Positions 18,186 to 27,100 of a stretch of DNA of 64,000 bases are shown here, piece by piece. Location: positions 124,001 through 188,000 of IMG/VR virus record IMGVR_UViG_3300042545_001134; one strand, written 5' to 3'. The notes under the pieces are model-generated. The model worked only from the letters and a program-made list of their open reading frames with translations. It was not told the DNA's origin and ran no database searches. The stretch's first letter is position 1; every line of letters begins with the position of its first letter. Both the position numbers and the translations under genes were made by a program.

Positions 18186-19602
18186 TTGTTTTTACGTTTA
18201 TTATCTTAGTGTTGTTGTAATTATAAGGATTTTCTTCAATATTTTGAATCGTTAAATTGTCCATAATTTGATTGAATCCATCATTTTTATAGTCTATTTT
18301 TCTTTGTTGCATTTCGGTAACAAATCTTTTTTCATTTCTCGCCGTGGTCTCACCCTTCACCCATCCTCCATTAACGAATCCCTCATCTTCATGTTGAAGG
18401 CATTGGAATGAACCTTCCCTTCTGTATGGGATAATATTTTCAATAATTTCAATATCCTCATCCTCAAATAAAATGTTATTTATGTCTCCATCTATTTCCT
18501 TTGTAAAGTTACAATCTAAAACTAAACTATCTACATCATCTTCCATTTTAGTGATATCATCAAAAAATCTGTTATATATCTTTATGTCCGCAATTTTACC
18601 TTTATAGTGGGTGTTTGATTGACCGCAGAATCCAATTAGAAACGGTTTAATTGATGTGTGTGACCTTAAATCTCCAGATATGGGAAATGGTATGTTTTGT
18701 TTAATACCGTCCATCTGAGAGATTAATTCATCGTTTATGTAAAAGTACATATTTTTCTCCTCACTATTGTAAGAAAGAGTCACTTGTGTCCATAGATTTT
18801 CAAATCTCTTGGCCCAATTGTAATTGAATTGATTTGACTTATCGAATAGAGTTGCGGTTACTGCTCTTGAATTATTAAATGAAATCCCCCAAGTACCACT
18901 ACCATCTTTTCTCAATAATGGGTATTCTATAAATTTTCTATTCTTATCCCCAACTAACCAAATTGGTGTCTTTTCGTCTTGTTGCTCGGCATTAAAAATG
19001 ATTGTTATTGTATGGTCATTATGTAAACAAGAATTACTTTCCCTGTTAGATAATATTTTAATCGATGAGTTTTCACCATTAAATTTGGCAACTCGTTTGT
19101 TGTTTATTTTTTTGTGTATTTTACCGGTGGTGTAATTTTCAAAATAACATCTCCAAAACAAATCATCATCCTCTTGACCCCAATCCCAATACTCGTTTGA
19201 ATATCCATTTGTTCTTTCAACATGTTCTTTGGTAAACAAAACAACCCCTCCGAAATATTGGTCATAACCTAATCCATATTGATATTTGGATAGTTTTGTT
19301 GCGATATGGATTGGGTTGTCTTTCGGATATGAATAATCGGGTAACGTATCCATATGTTTGGTATATGCTAACATATCAACATCGTGCCATGCAATATAAT
19401 CACAACCATCGTCAAATGCGAATTTGGCCGCAATGTTTTTCATCATACCCCTATTGAATAGATTATCATCCACCTGATGACCAACGTAAAATTTATGTTC
19501 AATACCTCTTTCATTTAGGTAGTTACTTAAATGTGGTACCAACCTATCGAGGTGTTCTTGTCTGTTTCTATATGGGATACAAATCCCTAATTTATGTGTC
19601 AT
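18172..19602 (-). CDS. GT7 (beta-1,4-galactosyltransferase-like) with inserted LamG-like domain
   Basis: IPYRNRQEHL, FNRGMMKN, HDVDM, YFGGV, GYSNEYWDWGQEDDDL; then about 220 aa LamG-like (KFNGENSSI...WTQVTLSY...YKGKIADIKIYNR); then PYRREGSFQCLQH. Confidence 0.85.
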   Translation of the reverse strand: MTHKLGICIPYRNRQEHLDRLVPHLSNYLNERGIEHKFYVGHQVDDNLFNRGMMKNIAAKFAFDDGCDYIAWHDVDMLAYTKHMDTLPDYSYPKDNPIHIATKLSKYQYGLGYDQYFGGVVLFTKEHVERTNGYSNEYWDWGQEDDDLFWRCYFENYTTGKIHKKINNKRVAKFNGENSSIKILSNRESNSCLHNDHTITIIFNAEQQDEKTPIWLVGDKNRKFIEYPLLRKDGSGTWGISFNNSRAVTATLFDKSNQFNYNWAKRFENLWTQVTLSYNSEEKNMYFYINDELISQMDGIKQNIPFPISGDLRSHTSIKPFLIGFCGQSNTHYKGKIADIKIYNRFFDDITKMEDDVDSLVLDCNFTKEIDGDINNILFEDEDIEIIENIIPYRREGSFQCLQHEDEGFVNGGWVKGETTARNEKRFVTEMQQRKIDYKNDGFNQIMDNLTIQNIEENPYNYNNTKIINVKTNGPK

Positions 19603-21011
19603 ATTCCTACTACAATATTTGTTTGATTCTCAACATTCGCAACACTATGTTGAATGTACTTACAAGTGGATAAACCATCTTCCTTTATGTTTCGATAACC
19701 TTTCATTACTTCATTGTAAAATCTTAATTGGTTAAACCTCGTCATGTCACTTCTCCAACCATCTTTAACAAAACCATTTTCTTCGTGGGTTAATAATTTG
19801 AATGTTGATTGTCTTCTAAATGGTACATCAATTGTTTTGAATTCATCATAGGTGTTACCAACAATCTCACAATTAATGATTTCCCCATCGTTTCCATTAC
19901 CAGATAAATCCATAAGTTTATAACCTTTAATGAATTTTGAATCATAATAAAGTTTCAATGCATAATCAGATGTATATCTTCCAAAACTTTGAGTTAAACC
20001 AAAATAATGATTGTCAGATATTTCCCTTATCTCAGCATATGATAATTCTTTATCGAAGACCGCAAATGAACTAATTAATCCTCTATAATAATTGTTTTCT
20101 CGGGTTCTATTTGGATTACCAACACCTAAATAAAAATGTGGTTCCTTTGTGTACTCGTATAATTTGGTGAACTTGTCTTGTGAAACCAAATCCCCATCCT
20201 GATAAAATTTAATTATCTTATCTGTTGGGTTAATGGTTACCGCAATATTGGTTCTATAATTTGTTTTTATATTTGAATATTGATATATGATATTTCTACC
20301 TCCATCAAAAATTTCCACTGTGTATCTTGAGTATGAGTTATATGTAATTGTGAAATCATAACCGGGTATGGTAAATAATGAATACTTATCACTTTTCTCC
20401 TCGAAGTCACAAACTAGTTCATCGGGGTAGAATGAAATGAATATTGTCATCTCCTCTCTTTGTTTGAAGAAGTTGTTACCCTTAACATATGCATCAACAC
20501 CATTAAATTTTAAAGATGCAACATTCCCACCCTTCATTTCAATTTTCTTTGTGTCGAGTGGAACTCCATTTACTTTACATCTAAAAAGTAAATCATCATC
20601 TTCGTAACCCCATCCCCAATAATCATTTGAATACCCATTTATATGTTCGAATGAATCAATAGGAAACATTGTTACCCCACCGAAGTAACCATCAAAGATT
20701 ACCCTATTTGTTTCACCAATAAAGTTTGTTGCCATTTGAATTGGTATGTCAGAATACGAATAATCAACATCAACTGGTAACATGTCTACATCGTGGAAAA
20801 CAACATAATCACATTTAATTTTCTTGGCATACAAAAATCCCACATTCAATAATTTACCTCTATTGAATGCAGAAGAATCGTCCTGTTCAACTACAATTAA
20901 CTCAAAATCAATTCCTTTATTTTTTAAGTAAGGTATAATTGATTGTTTAAACATTTGTAGATGTTCATAACGGTCTCTATATGGGACTATGACACCAAGT
21001 TTCTTATCCAT
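19599..21011 (-). CDS. GT7 (beta-1,4-galactosyltransferase-like) with inserted LamG-like domain, paralog
   Basis: VPYRDRYEHL, FNRGKLLNVG, FHDVDMLP, YFGGV, GYSNDYWGWGYEDDDL; LamG-like insert (KFNGVDAY...YRGLISSFAVFDKELS); then PFRRQSTFKLLTH. Confidence 0.87.
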   Translation of the reverse strand: MDKKLGVIVPYRDRYEHLQMFKQSIIPYLKNKGIDFELIVVEQDDSSAFNRGKLLNVGFLYAKKIKCDYVVFHDVDMLPVDVDYSYSDIPIQMATNFIGETNRVIFDGYFGGVTMFPIDSFEHINGYSNDYWGWGYEDDDLLFRCKVNGVPLDTKKIEMKGGNVASLKFNGVDAYVKGNNFFKQREEMTIFISFYPDELVCDFEEKSDKYSLFTIPGYDFTITYNSYSRYTVEIFDGGRNIIYQYSNIKTNYRTNIAVTINPTDKIIKFYQDGDLVSQDKFTKLYEYTKEPHFYLGVGNPNRTRENNYYRGLISSFAVFDKELSYAEIREISDNHYFGLTQSFGRYTSDYALKLYYDSKFIKGYKLMDLSGNGNDGEIINCEIVGNTYDEFKTIDVPFRRQSTFKLLTHEENGFVKDGWRSDMTRFNQLRFYNEVMKGYRNIKEDGLSTCKYIQHSVANVENQTNIVVGI

Positions 21012-21222
21012 TTATGGTTGGGTCTTTCGGTTTTGTGGTATCGTGCCACTCAGAAAGATAAAATTGAATTCTATCACTCCATTCTTTTTTATCAACCTCT
21101 TCAAACCAAACGGTTAGTGCATCTAAAGAGTTGGCAATTTTTTCCATTGCCTTAACTTTTCTTTGCTCAAGAAGTAGGAACTCATTTTGTTCTTCTGTCG
21201 TGTTTCCTTTTTTTACGGTCAT
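21004..21222 (-). CDS. Hypothetical protein (72 aa)
   Basis: ORF track; overlaps both neighbours in operon fashion. Confidence 0.6.
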   Translation of the reverse strand: MTVKKGNTTEEQNEFLLLEQRKVKAMEKIANSLDALTVWFEEVDKKEWSDRIQFYLSEWHDTTKPKDPTING

Positions 21223-22076
21223 ATTGATATGATTTTTTTAATTAATTTATTCCATTGTTTATACTGTTTGAATTCGGGTTTTGATGTATTTTTTTCAAAC
21301 ATGTATTCAGGTTCATTTAAATCTATTTTAAATTTTGATTTTCTCAATGATTCGTACATTTTTTTATACTCGGATGAATATGCGTATGGTTGATTGATTA
21401 ACGCAACATTTTTAACCCTCCCAATTGAATCTTTATCCCATTTAAAATGGTGAACCTGTATTGAATATGTATCAATTGGTGCAATCAGTGGGTGACTCCA
21501 ACCTTGCCATCTCCATGTGGTGTGACCATCTATTTTTGCATAGTGTTGACCATTTGTGATTTCAACATATCCTTTAACAACACAAATCTTATTGGGGCAG
21601 GCATCACTCATTGGATGTCTAAAGAAACCAGCATTTGGGTATTGTTTCCAAATAGATTCATTTGGTTGTAATTCTGAAAACTCCCCATCGGGTCCAATTC
21701 TATCAATAAATCCACCGCGTACAATATCCCAATTGTTTTTTTCACAATCAGATATTAATTGTTTTAAATTGTCTTTGGGGTATAGATGGAATTCATCGAT
21801 ATCGGCGATTACCCACCAATCATCAGGATAATCCTTTTTAATGTAGTTGTATGATTGAGTTACTTTTTCCCAATCAAAAACTCTTTCGTTGATTGTCTTA
21901 ACAATCTTTACATTGGTAAACTCGATAAGAATCTGACTAATTTCATCACCCAATTCTCGGTGTAAATCAGATTCGTATACAACGATGTTAATTTCGTCAA
22001 CATATTTTTCATAATGTTTTATAAAGTGGGGTAGTAACTTAGTTCCATGTCCAATTACAGTTAATAACCTTATCAT
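21219..22076 (-). CDS. GT-A fold glycosyltransferase (GT2/GT92-like)
   Basis: LLPHFIKHY, WWVIADIDEFH (DxDE motif), KICVVKG, HHFKW. Confidence 0.7.
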   Translation of the reverse strand: MIRLLTVIGHGTKLLPHFIKHYEKYVDEINIVVYESDLHRELGDEISQILIEFTNVKIVKTINERVFDWEKVTQSYNYIKKDYPDDWWVIADIDEFHLYPKDNLKQLISDCEKNNWDIVRGGFIDRIGPDGEFSELQPNESIWKQYPNAGFFRHPMSDACPNKICVVKGYVEITNGQHYAKIDGHTTWRWQGWSHPLIAPIDTYSIQVHHFKWDKDSIGRVKNVALINQPYAYSSEYKKMYESLRKSKFKIDLNEPEYMFEKNTSKPEFKQYKQWNKLIKKIISI

Positions 22077-22801
22077 TTTTTTCTATTTATAATCGTTATC
22101 CCCGTCGAAGACGGTTTTGAAGGAATAATACGAAAATTAAATAGATTAATCAAGTTCCACTCGGGATTTTCTTGTAGTTCTTTAATAAATTTGGACGGAC
22201 CGTCAAACTTATGGTAATCTTTTTTTGCATCTTCAGACACAATTAGATTCTTTTCATAGTTTTCATCGGTATCGTGAATAACAATCACCCCGTTTTCAGA
22301 TAATAAGGTGGAGTAAAGGTCAAAATCTAATTTTACACCCTCATAGGTGTGGTCTCCATCAATAAATAGGAAATCAATCTTAATATCTTGGAGAGTAAAA
22401 AAGTTATAAAAGGCGTTTTCTGAGGTATTTTTAATAAATCGTGGGTAAAACGTTTTTCTATAGAAAGAATCTTCATTTTCAAGGTCAGTTTCTCCACCAA
22501 CACCGTTACATGCGTCCACAACATAAGTTGCACCAATGTCACCCCAATTATAATCGGGATTCCCCTCAAAAATACCTTGTTTGTGAAGGTCAATACGTGA
22601 CTGTGTGATGATACGTGGAATGAATCCACCACCTGAACCGATACACACACAATTCTTTGCTCTCATGTGTTGTATTAGACTATAAACAACAATCCCATCA
22701 CCCATATGGAAATCGGTTGCACCGTGTGTCCAACGATAGGGAACGGGATTATCCTCGTTATTAGTAATAAAGTTCTTTATGTAGTCACTATTGGTAATCA
22801 C
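22073..22801 (-). CDS. Class I SAM-dependent methyltransferase (Methyltransf_24-like)
   Basis: VCIGSGGG, VVDA, IDFLFIDGDHTYEGVKLDFDLYSTLLSENGVIVIHD. Confidence 0.85.
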   Translation of the reverse strand: MITNSDYIKNFITNNEDNPVPYRWTHGATDFHMGDGIVVYSLIQHMRAKNCVCIGSGGGFIPRIITQSRIDLHKQGIFEGNPDYNWGDIGATYVVDACNGVGGETDLENEDSFYRKTFYPRFIKNTSENAFYNFFTLQDIKIDFLFIDGDHTYEGVKLDFDLYSTLLSENGVIVIHDTDENYEKNLIVSEDAKKDYHKFDGPSKFIKELQENPEWNLINLFNFRIIPSKPSSTGITIINRKK

Positions 22802-22820
22802 AATAGAAATTTACATAAAA

Positions 22821-23183
22821 TTATTCAGGTTGTGAAGGGGTTGGAAACATTTCAGGGTCCATGGGTACTGTCCACTCTTCTGTTGCCAAAAGCGCCAAAA
22901 TATCTTCATGGTTGTACTCAGGATAAGTACCATTATAAATTGCCGGTCTACCATATGTTCCAGCAAGAATTGTTGATGTCCCCTCTTCCATAGTTTCGGG
23001 GTTAATGAAGGTACTTGTTGTATCTTCTTCAACAATATTAACTTCATATTTAATGAATGTTTTAGTTCCATCAACTGAATAACGTAATGTTTCAGTTGAA
23101 TTCTCATGTACTTGATTGAAGTCTACGTTTTCGACTTCTGAGGTTGGGATTACCAACCAACGTCTATTAGGAAAATTGCTCAT
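22821..23183 (-). CDS. Conserved phage hypothetical protein, probably virion-associated
   Basis: 120 aa, VDFNQVHENSTETLRYSVDGTKTFIKY...YNHEDILALLATEEW; preceded by a TATTTAT motif. Confidence 0.7.
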   Translation of the reverse strand: MSNFPNRRWLVIPTSEVENVDFNQVHENSTETLRYSVDGTKTFIKYEVNIVEEDTTSTFINPETMEEGTSTILAGTYGRPAIYNGTYPEYNHEDILALLATEEWTVPMDPEMFPTPSQPE

Positions 23184-23196
23184 ATTCTTTTTATTT

Positions 23197-23203
23197 ATAA
23201 ATA
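23197..23203 (-). promoter_or_regulatory. TATTTAT putative late-promoter element
   Basis: 13 nt upstream of ATG 23183. Confidence 0.5.
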
Positions 23204-23213
23204 TTCTTAATTA

Positions 23214-25166
23214 TTAAAAGACAACCCACAAACTCCAGTTATCTGCTCCACCGATAATTGATGGTTCTGTCCAACCGGCGTATCCACATACACCCGTTTT
23301 AAGTGGGTTACCACCATTGACACCTATACCGAACGCAGAACCTGCGGCACCATATGACAACGCACCTGTATTTCCGGTACTCTCATCCAATATACTACCA
23401 ACTCGTATTCTTCCTCCTGAACTACCTCCACCACCACCATAGTGTCCCTCATGTTTTAAATCCATACCCATTAGGTATATTTCAGTACCAAGAGCACTGG
23501 TGTATCGTCTATCTGCACCAACTAAACTTCTATAGTCAATACTGTTACCGAAATGTGGTGAACTTCTATTTGCTGAACTATTCCAACTTCTTGTTTGTGC
23601 TGCGTACATACTACTCACTTCACTTGCCAATGAGAATGTTGATTGGTAATTAAGTTCACCCATGGTCCAATAGAATTCCGTAAATGGAACGACGTTGTAA
23701 CTTTGATATTTACTACTAACTCCGTTTGTTAGGGTAAAATCATTTTGGTTATCTAATGTTGTGTTTTCCCAATATGAACTATCGGGTACATAACCACTTT
23801 CATTTCCACCTTTCATTACGCAAACCATTGCCTTATTTAAATAAAATTTAACAGGTGCTTGAAACGCCGATTGTCCACTTGGTTGTAACCAATAGTTACC
23901 ATCTTTTGAAATACCTAAATTTTTTAAATAAGTGGCACTTGGAGCCGCTAACGCTTGGGTGCTACCATCCTTAACTGATGGTAATGAAAATCTACCTTTA
24001 TATTGTTGATAGTTATTTAAAATTTCATTTTCGGTTAATGCCCTGTTATAAACTTTTGTAACGTCTACTTGACCATTTAATTTATAAGTACCGTAACCAC
24101 TATGATTACTTTGTCCAATCCAAGTTCCGTATATTGGATATGCTCCCATTTTTGTGTCAACATAAACACCGGCAGATTGTCCATTAATATATAATCTCAC
24201 TCTACCATCTGTTGCACTTATTGTTTCGTAAATCCCAACAACATGATTATAATTGGTTTTTGGTTGGCACGCAACTGTTGCGTTTCCACTAACCGTGTAT
24301 TGATATCCTACAGTGTCGGGTGGCCCACTTCTTGTTGATAAACTAACAATATCGGATGAATATGAGTACCACAAATTAAAACGATAATTTTCAAATAACG
24401 GTCCGTCATTACCTGATGCTCCACTAGCAATTTTAAAAACTTGTTCAACGGTTACCGCAGAAACGCTCGATGGGAAATAATCACTAACATTACCTAAATC
24501 AATTCTATCATCTGTTCCATCTAAAACGGGTTTACCATTTGCATCAAAAGAAGATGCCGATAAATCAATAGTTGTTAAACCCACAATATCTAATAACCCT
24601 TGTGTTACACTTCTTGAACCGTCAACAAATGGTGTGGCAAACGAACCAGCCTCAATTTGTGGCATTGTTACTTCCCATGACGAAAAATCATCACAATAAG
24701 TTCCACCGAATGATATTAAATAAAAGGTACCGTTAGTTCCCGTGCAATTTTGTGTGTTGGACACTCTAATCCACTCACCGGGAGACGATTTACTATGGTA
24801 CGCTGCGGTGTCACCGATTCCAAAACCACTTGTATAGACTGTACCACCATTATTATTTGCCGAACCTCCAATATACCTAATATATGCGGAAAATGTGTAT
24901 GTTCCGGTTGATGGTAATGATATACCACCCATAACGACACCATTCCAAGAGCCAAGATTTGACATTCGATATCCTGTTGTTCCAAACTCTGTTGTAAACG
25001 TAACAGGTGTACCACAAGAATAGTTACCAAAATTCGCCATAGTTGACGCATTGGTAACATAATTTGTTGTTGGTTTACCCTTAAATGAATTTTTAGTTTC
25101 ACCAACATCATACCCAAAGGTTAATCCTGATGTTGAAATTTTTCCATATCCCGAATTTACTGACAT
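23214..25166 (-). CDS. LamG/ConA-like lectin protein with CBM-like insert and C-terminal fibrinogen/intelectin-like domain
   Basis: GLTFGYD..NSFKGKPTTN; insert ending PQIEAGSFATPF; LDGTDDRI..LNGQVDVTKVYNRALTENEILNNY; then SATYL..DGNYWLQPSG. Confidence 0.8.
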   Translation of the reverse strand: MSVNSGYGKISTSGLTFGYDVGETKNSFKGKPTTNYVTNASTMANFGNYSCGTPVTFTTEFGTTGYRMSNLGSWNGVVMGGISLPSTGTYTFSAYIRYIGGSANNNGGTVYTSGFGIGDTAAYHSKSSPGEWIRVSNTQNCTGTNGTFYLISFGGTYCDDFSSWEVTMPQIEAGSFATPFVDGSRSVTQGLLDIVGLTTIDLSASSFDANGKPVLDGTDDRIDLGNVSDYFPSSVSAVTVEQVFKIASGASGNDGPLFENYRFNLWYSYSSDIVSLSTRSGPPDTVGYQYTVSGNATVACQPKTNYNHVVGIYETISATDGRVRLYINGQSAGVYVDTKMGAYPIYGTWIGQSNHSGYGTYKLNGQVDVTKVYNRALTENEILNNYQQYKGRFSLPSVKDGSTQALAAPSATYLKNLGISKDGNYWLQPSGQSAFQAPVKFYLNKAMVCVMKGGNESGYVPDSSYWENTTLDNQNDFTLTNGVSSKYQSYNVVPFTEFYWTMGELNYQSTFSLASEVSSMYAAQTRSWNSSANRSSPHFGNSIDYRSLVGADRRYTSALGTEIYLMGMDLKHEGHYGGGGGSSGGRIRVGSILDESTGNTGALSYGAAGSAFGIGVNGGNPLKTGVCGYAGWTEPSIIGGADNWSLWVVF

Positions 25167-25169
25167 ATC

Positions 25170-26381
25170 TTAAATAAACTTAGATTTTGTATTTGTATAT
25201 AGTTTATTAATTTCAGTTGCATTCAACACTTCATTGTATACCATAGATAGTGGTAATTTACCTTCATATGATGAGTGGTATTCTCTACCAATCATCGCGG
25301 TCGACGCTCTCGCAGTTCCACCCAAAAATCCCGTATTGGCACTATTAATCGATTGACCATTCAAATAAAGAATTAAACCTCCCGCTATATTGTAGGTACA
25401 CGCTAACATATTCCAAGAATTTAATGGTGTACTTCCACCTCCAAGTAAATAATCATTTGCCCCATTATTGTTACCAACCCATGCGGCCAAACCACCATGA
25501 TAATAACTCATTAATTTAACACCATGTCTATATGCTGTATCAGTACAAATTATTGTTCTATGTGGTGCACCTGTTCCACCATTCCAATAAAACCAACCAG
25601 CAAGTGTTACATCACCGGTTATTGTACTTATTGGTCCGTTTGTGATGACACCATAACTATTCGAACCATCAAAATATATCTGACCATTATTATCGAATCC
25701 ACCATTGGTCATTGTCACCGTTGAATTACCTGTTACATCGACAATTGCATTTGTTGTACTTCTTGTTCCTAAAACTAAAGATGTCATGTGGTTTTTTTGT
25801 TCGACTTGATGTCCAAAATACCATATTTTATCCCCAATATATGTTCCTATGTAGTTACTAATATAAATTCCATCCTCGTTAGCTGCTGTGGTTCCACTTG
25901 CAGTTATTTTTATCCATTGATTGGCTGGCCATGTACTTGTATCTGTATTTCCATTATAAGCCAAATTGGCTAAACCCACATTTGTAATATTGGTTCTTAA
26001 ATATGGTTGGGACGCACCTGCCCTGCTTTGTCTGTACCATACTGAAACGGTATATGTTGTTGATGGGGATACGTATGTAAACCCACACCCAAATTGTACA
26101 CTCCCACCCGTTGCGGTACTTCTTCCACTTAATACTCTAAGGTTTGTGGCATCAACCCCCGGAGTTGATGGTTTTGGAACATCGGTTTCGTTATCGTTGT
26201 ATTCCCATGAACCCACATTCACCCATGATATTGGTGCTGCCAAATATTCACTACCACCTTGACCATTATTATATGAAAGGTTGGTTGTTGGTTCTCCTTT
26301 AAATGAGTTTGCAGTGTCAGTTACATCGTAACTGAATATCAATCCACTATTGTTAATATTTGGTCCTAAACTTTGTGACAT
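25170..26381 (-). CDS. LamG/ConA-like lectin protein with CBM-like insert
   Basis: GLIFSYD..NSFKGEPTTN, TYTVSVWYR, QVEQKNH, YFDGSNSY, WNMLACTY, YEGKLPLSMVYN. Confidence 0.8.
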   Translation of the reverse strand: MSQSLGPNINNSGLIFSYDVTDTANSFKGEPTTNLSYNNGQGGSEYLAAPISWVNVGSWEYNDNETDVPKPSTPGVDATNLRVLSGRSTATGGSVQFGCGFTYVSPSTTYTVSVWYRQSRAGASQPYLRTNITNVGLANLAYNGNTDTSTWPANQWIKITASGTTAANEDGIYISNYIGTYIGDKIWYFGHQVEQKNHMTSLVLGTRSTTNAIVDVTGNSTVTMTNGGFDNNGQIYFDGSNSYGVITNGPISTITGDVTLAGWFYWNGGTGAPHRTIICTDTAYRHGVKLMSYYHGGLAAWVGNNNGANDYLLGGGSTPLNSWNMLACTYNIAGGLILYLNGQSINSANTGFLGGTARASTAMIGREYHSSYEGKLPLSMVYNEVLNATEINKLYTNTKSKFI

Positions 26382-27088
26382 TATAAACCGAATCTATTTT
26401 TTGTTGCGTTATAGTTTTGTGTTATTTCCGTTGGACTTAATGGTCGATTATAAATCCTATAAATTGGAATTGCACCATTTGTGGCATAAGACCCACCATC
26501 ATATGCTCCAATGGATATTGGGCTCGATGTGTTTTGAGAGTATACATTATTTGTGTCGTTTAATACCAAGGTTGTGTTAGAATATAATCTTCGATTAACC
26601 CCATCATGTGTTGCCACAATATTTCTCCAAGTACCTGCAGATGACCCAATACTTGCACCACCATCATTTCCATTTGTTCCTTGTGTTCTGAAGGTCAGAG
26701 TAGAACAATAATATAGTTCCCAAGAACCATTCCATTTAGTAAACGCAGTACACACATATGATGTTTCTCTAATCCACATATCTATGGTCATACCATTCTC
26801 ACATAACGCTTGGTCAAGGATACTTGTATTTGAGATTAATGCGTAGTTATTTGCATCACCATCACTTCCACCAAGATGTCTATCAAACATCATATATTTT
26901 GTTGTTGTGTCGTATCCCGATGTATTTCCCGCAGATGGTGAATTCATATTAATCATGCTAGCGTTATGACCATATCCACTTAAATCGTACCATGTGGTAC
27001 CACTACCCGGATATGATGTACTATCCATGGAATCTAATAAAACTATTAAACCATCTGTAACTAATCTCGAACTAAAATGTAATGCCAT
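26381..27088 (-). CDS. LamG/ConA-like lectin protein (no insert)
   Basis: TDGLIVLLD..SYPGSGTTWYDLSG...IYRIYNRPLSPTEITQNYNATKNRFGL. Confidence 0.85.
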   Translation of the reverse strand: MALHFSSRLVTDGLIVLLDSMDSTSYPGSGTTWYDLSGYGHNASMINMNSPSAGNTSGYDTTTKYMMFDRHLGGSDGDANNYALISNTSILDQALCENGMTIDMWIRETSYVCTAFTKWNGSWELYYCSTLTFRTQGTNGNDGGASIGSSAGTWRNIVATHDGVNRRLYSNTTLVLNDTNNVYSQNTSSPISIGAYDGGSYATNGAIPIYRIYNRPLSPTEITQNYNATKNRFGL

Positions 27089-27100
27089 ATCTTAAATACT

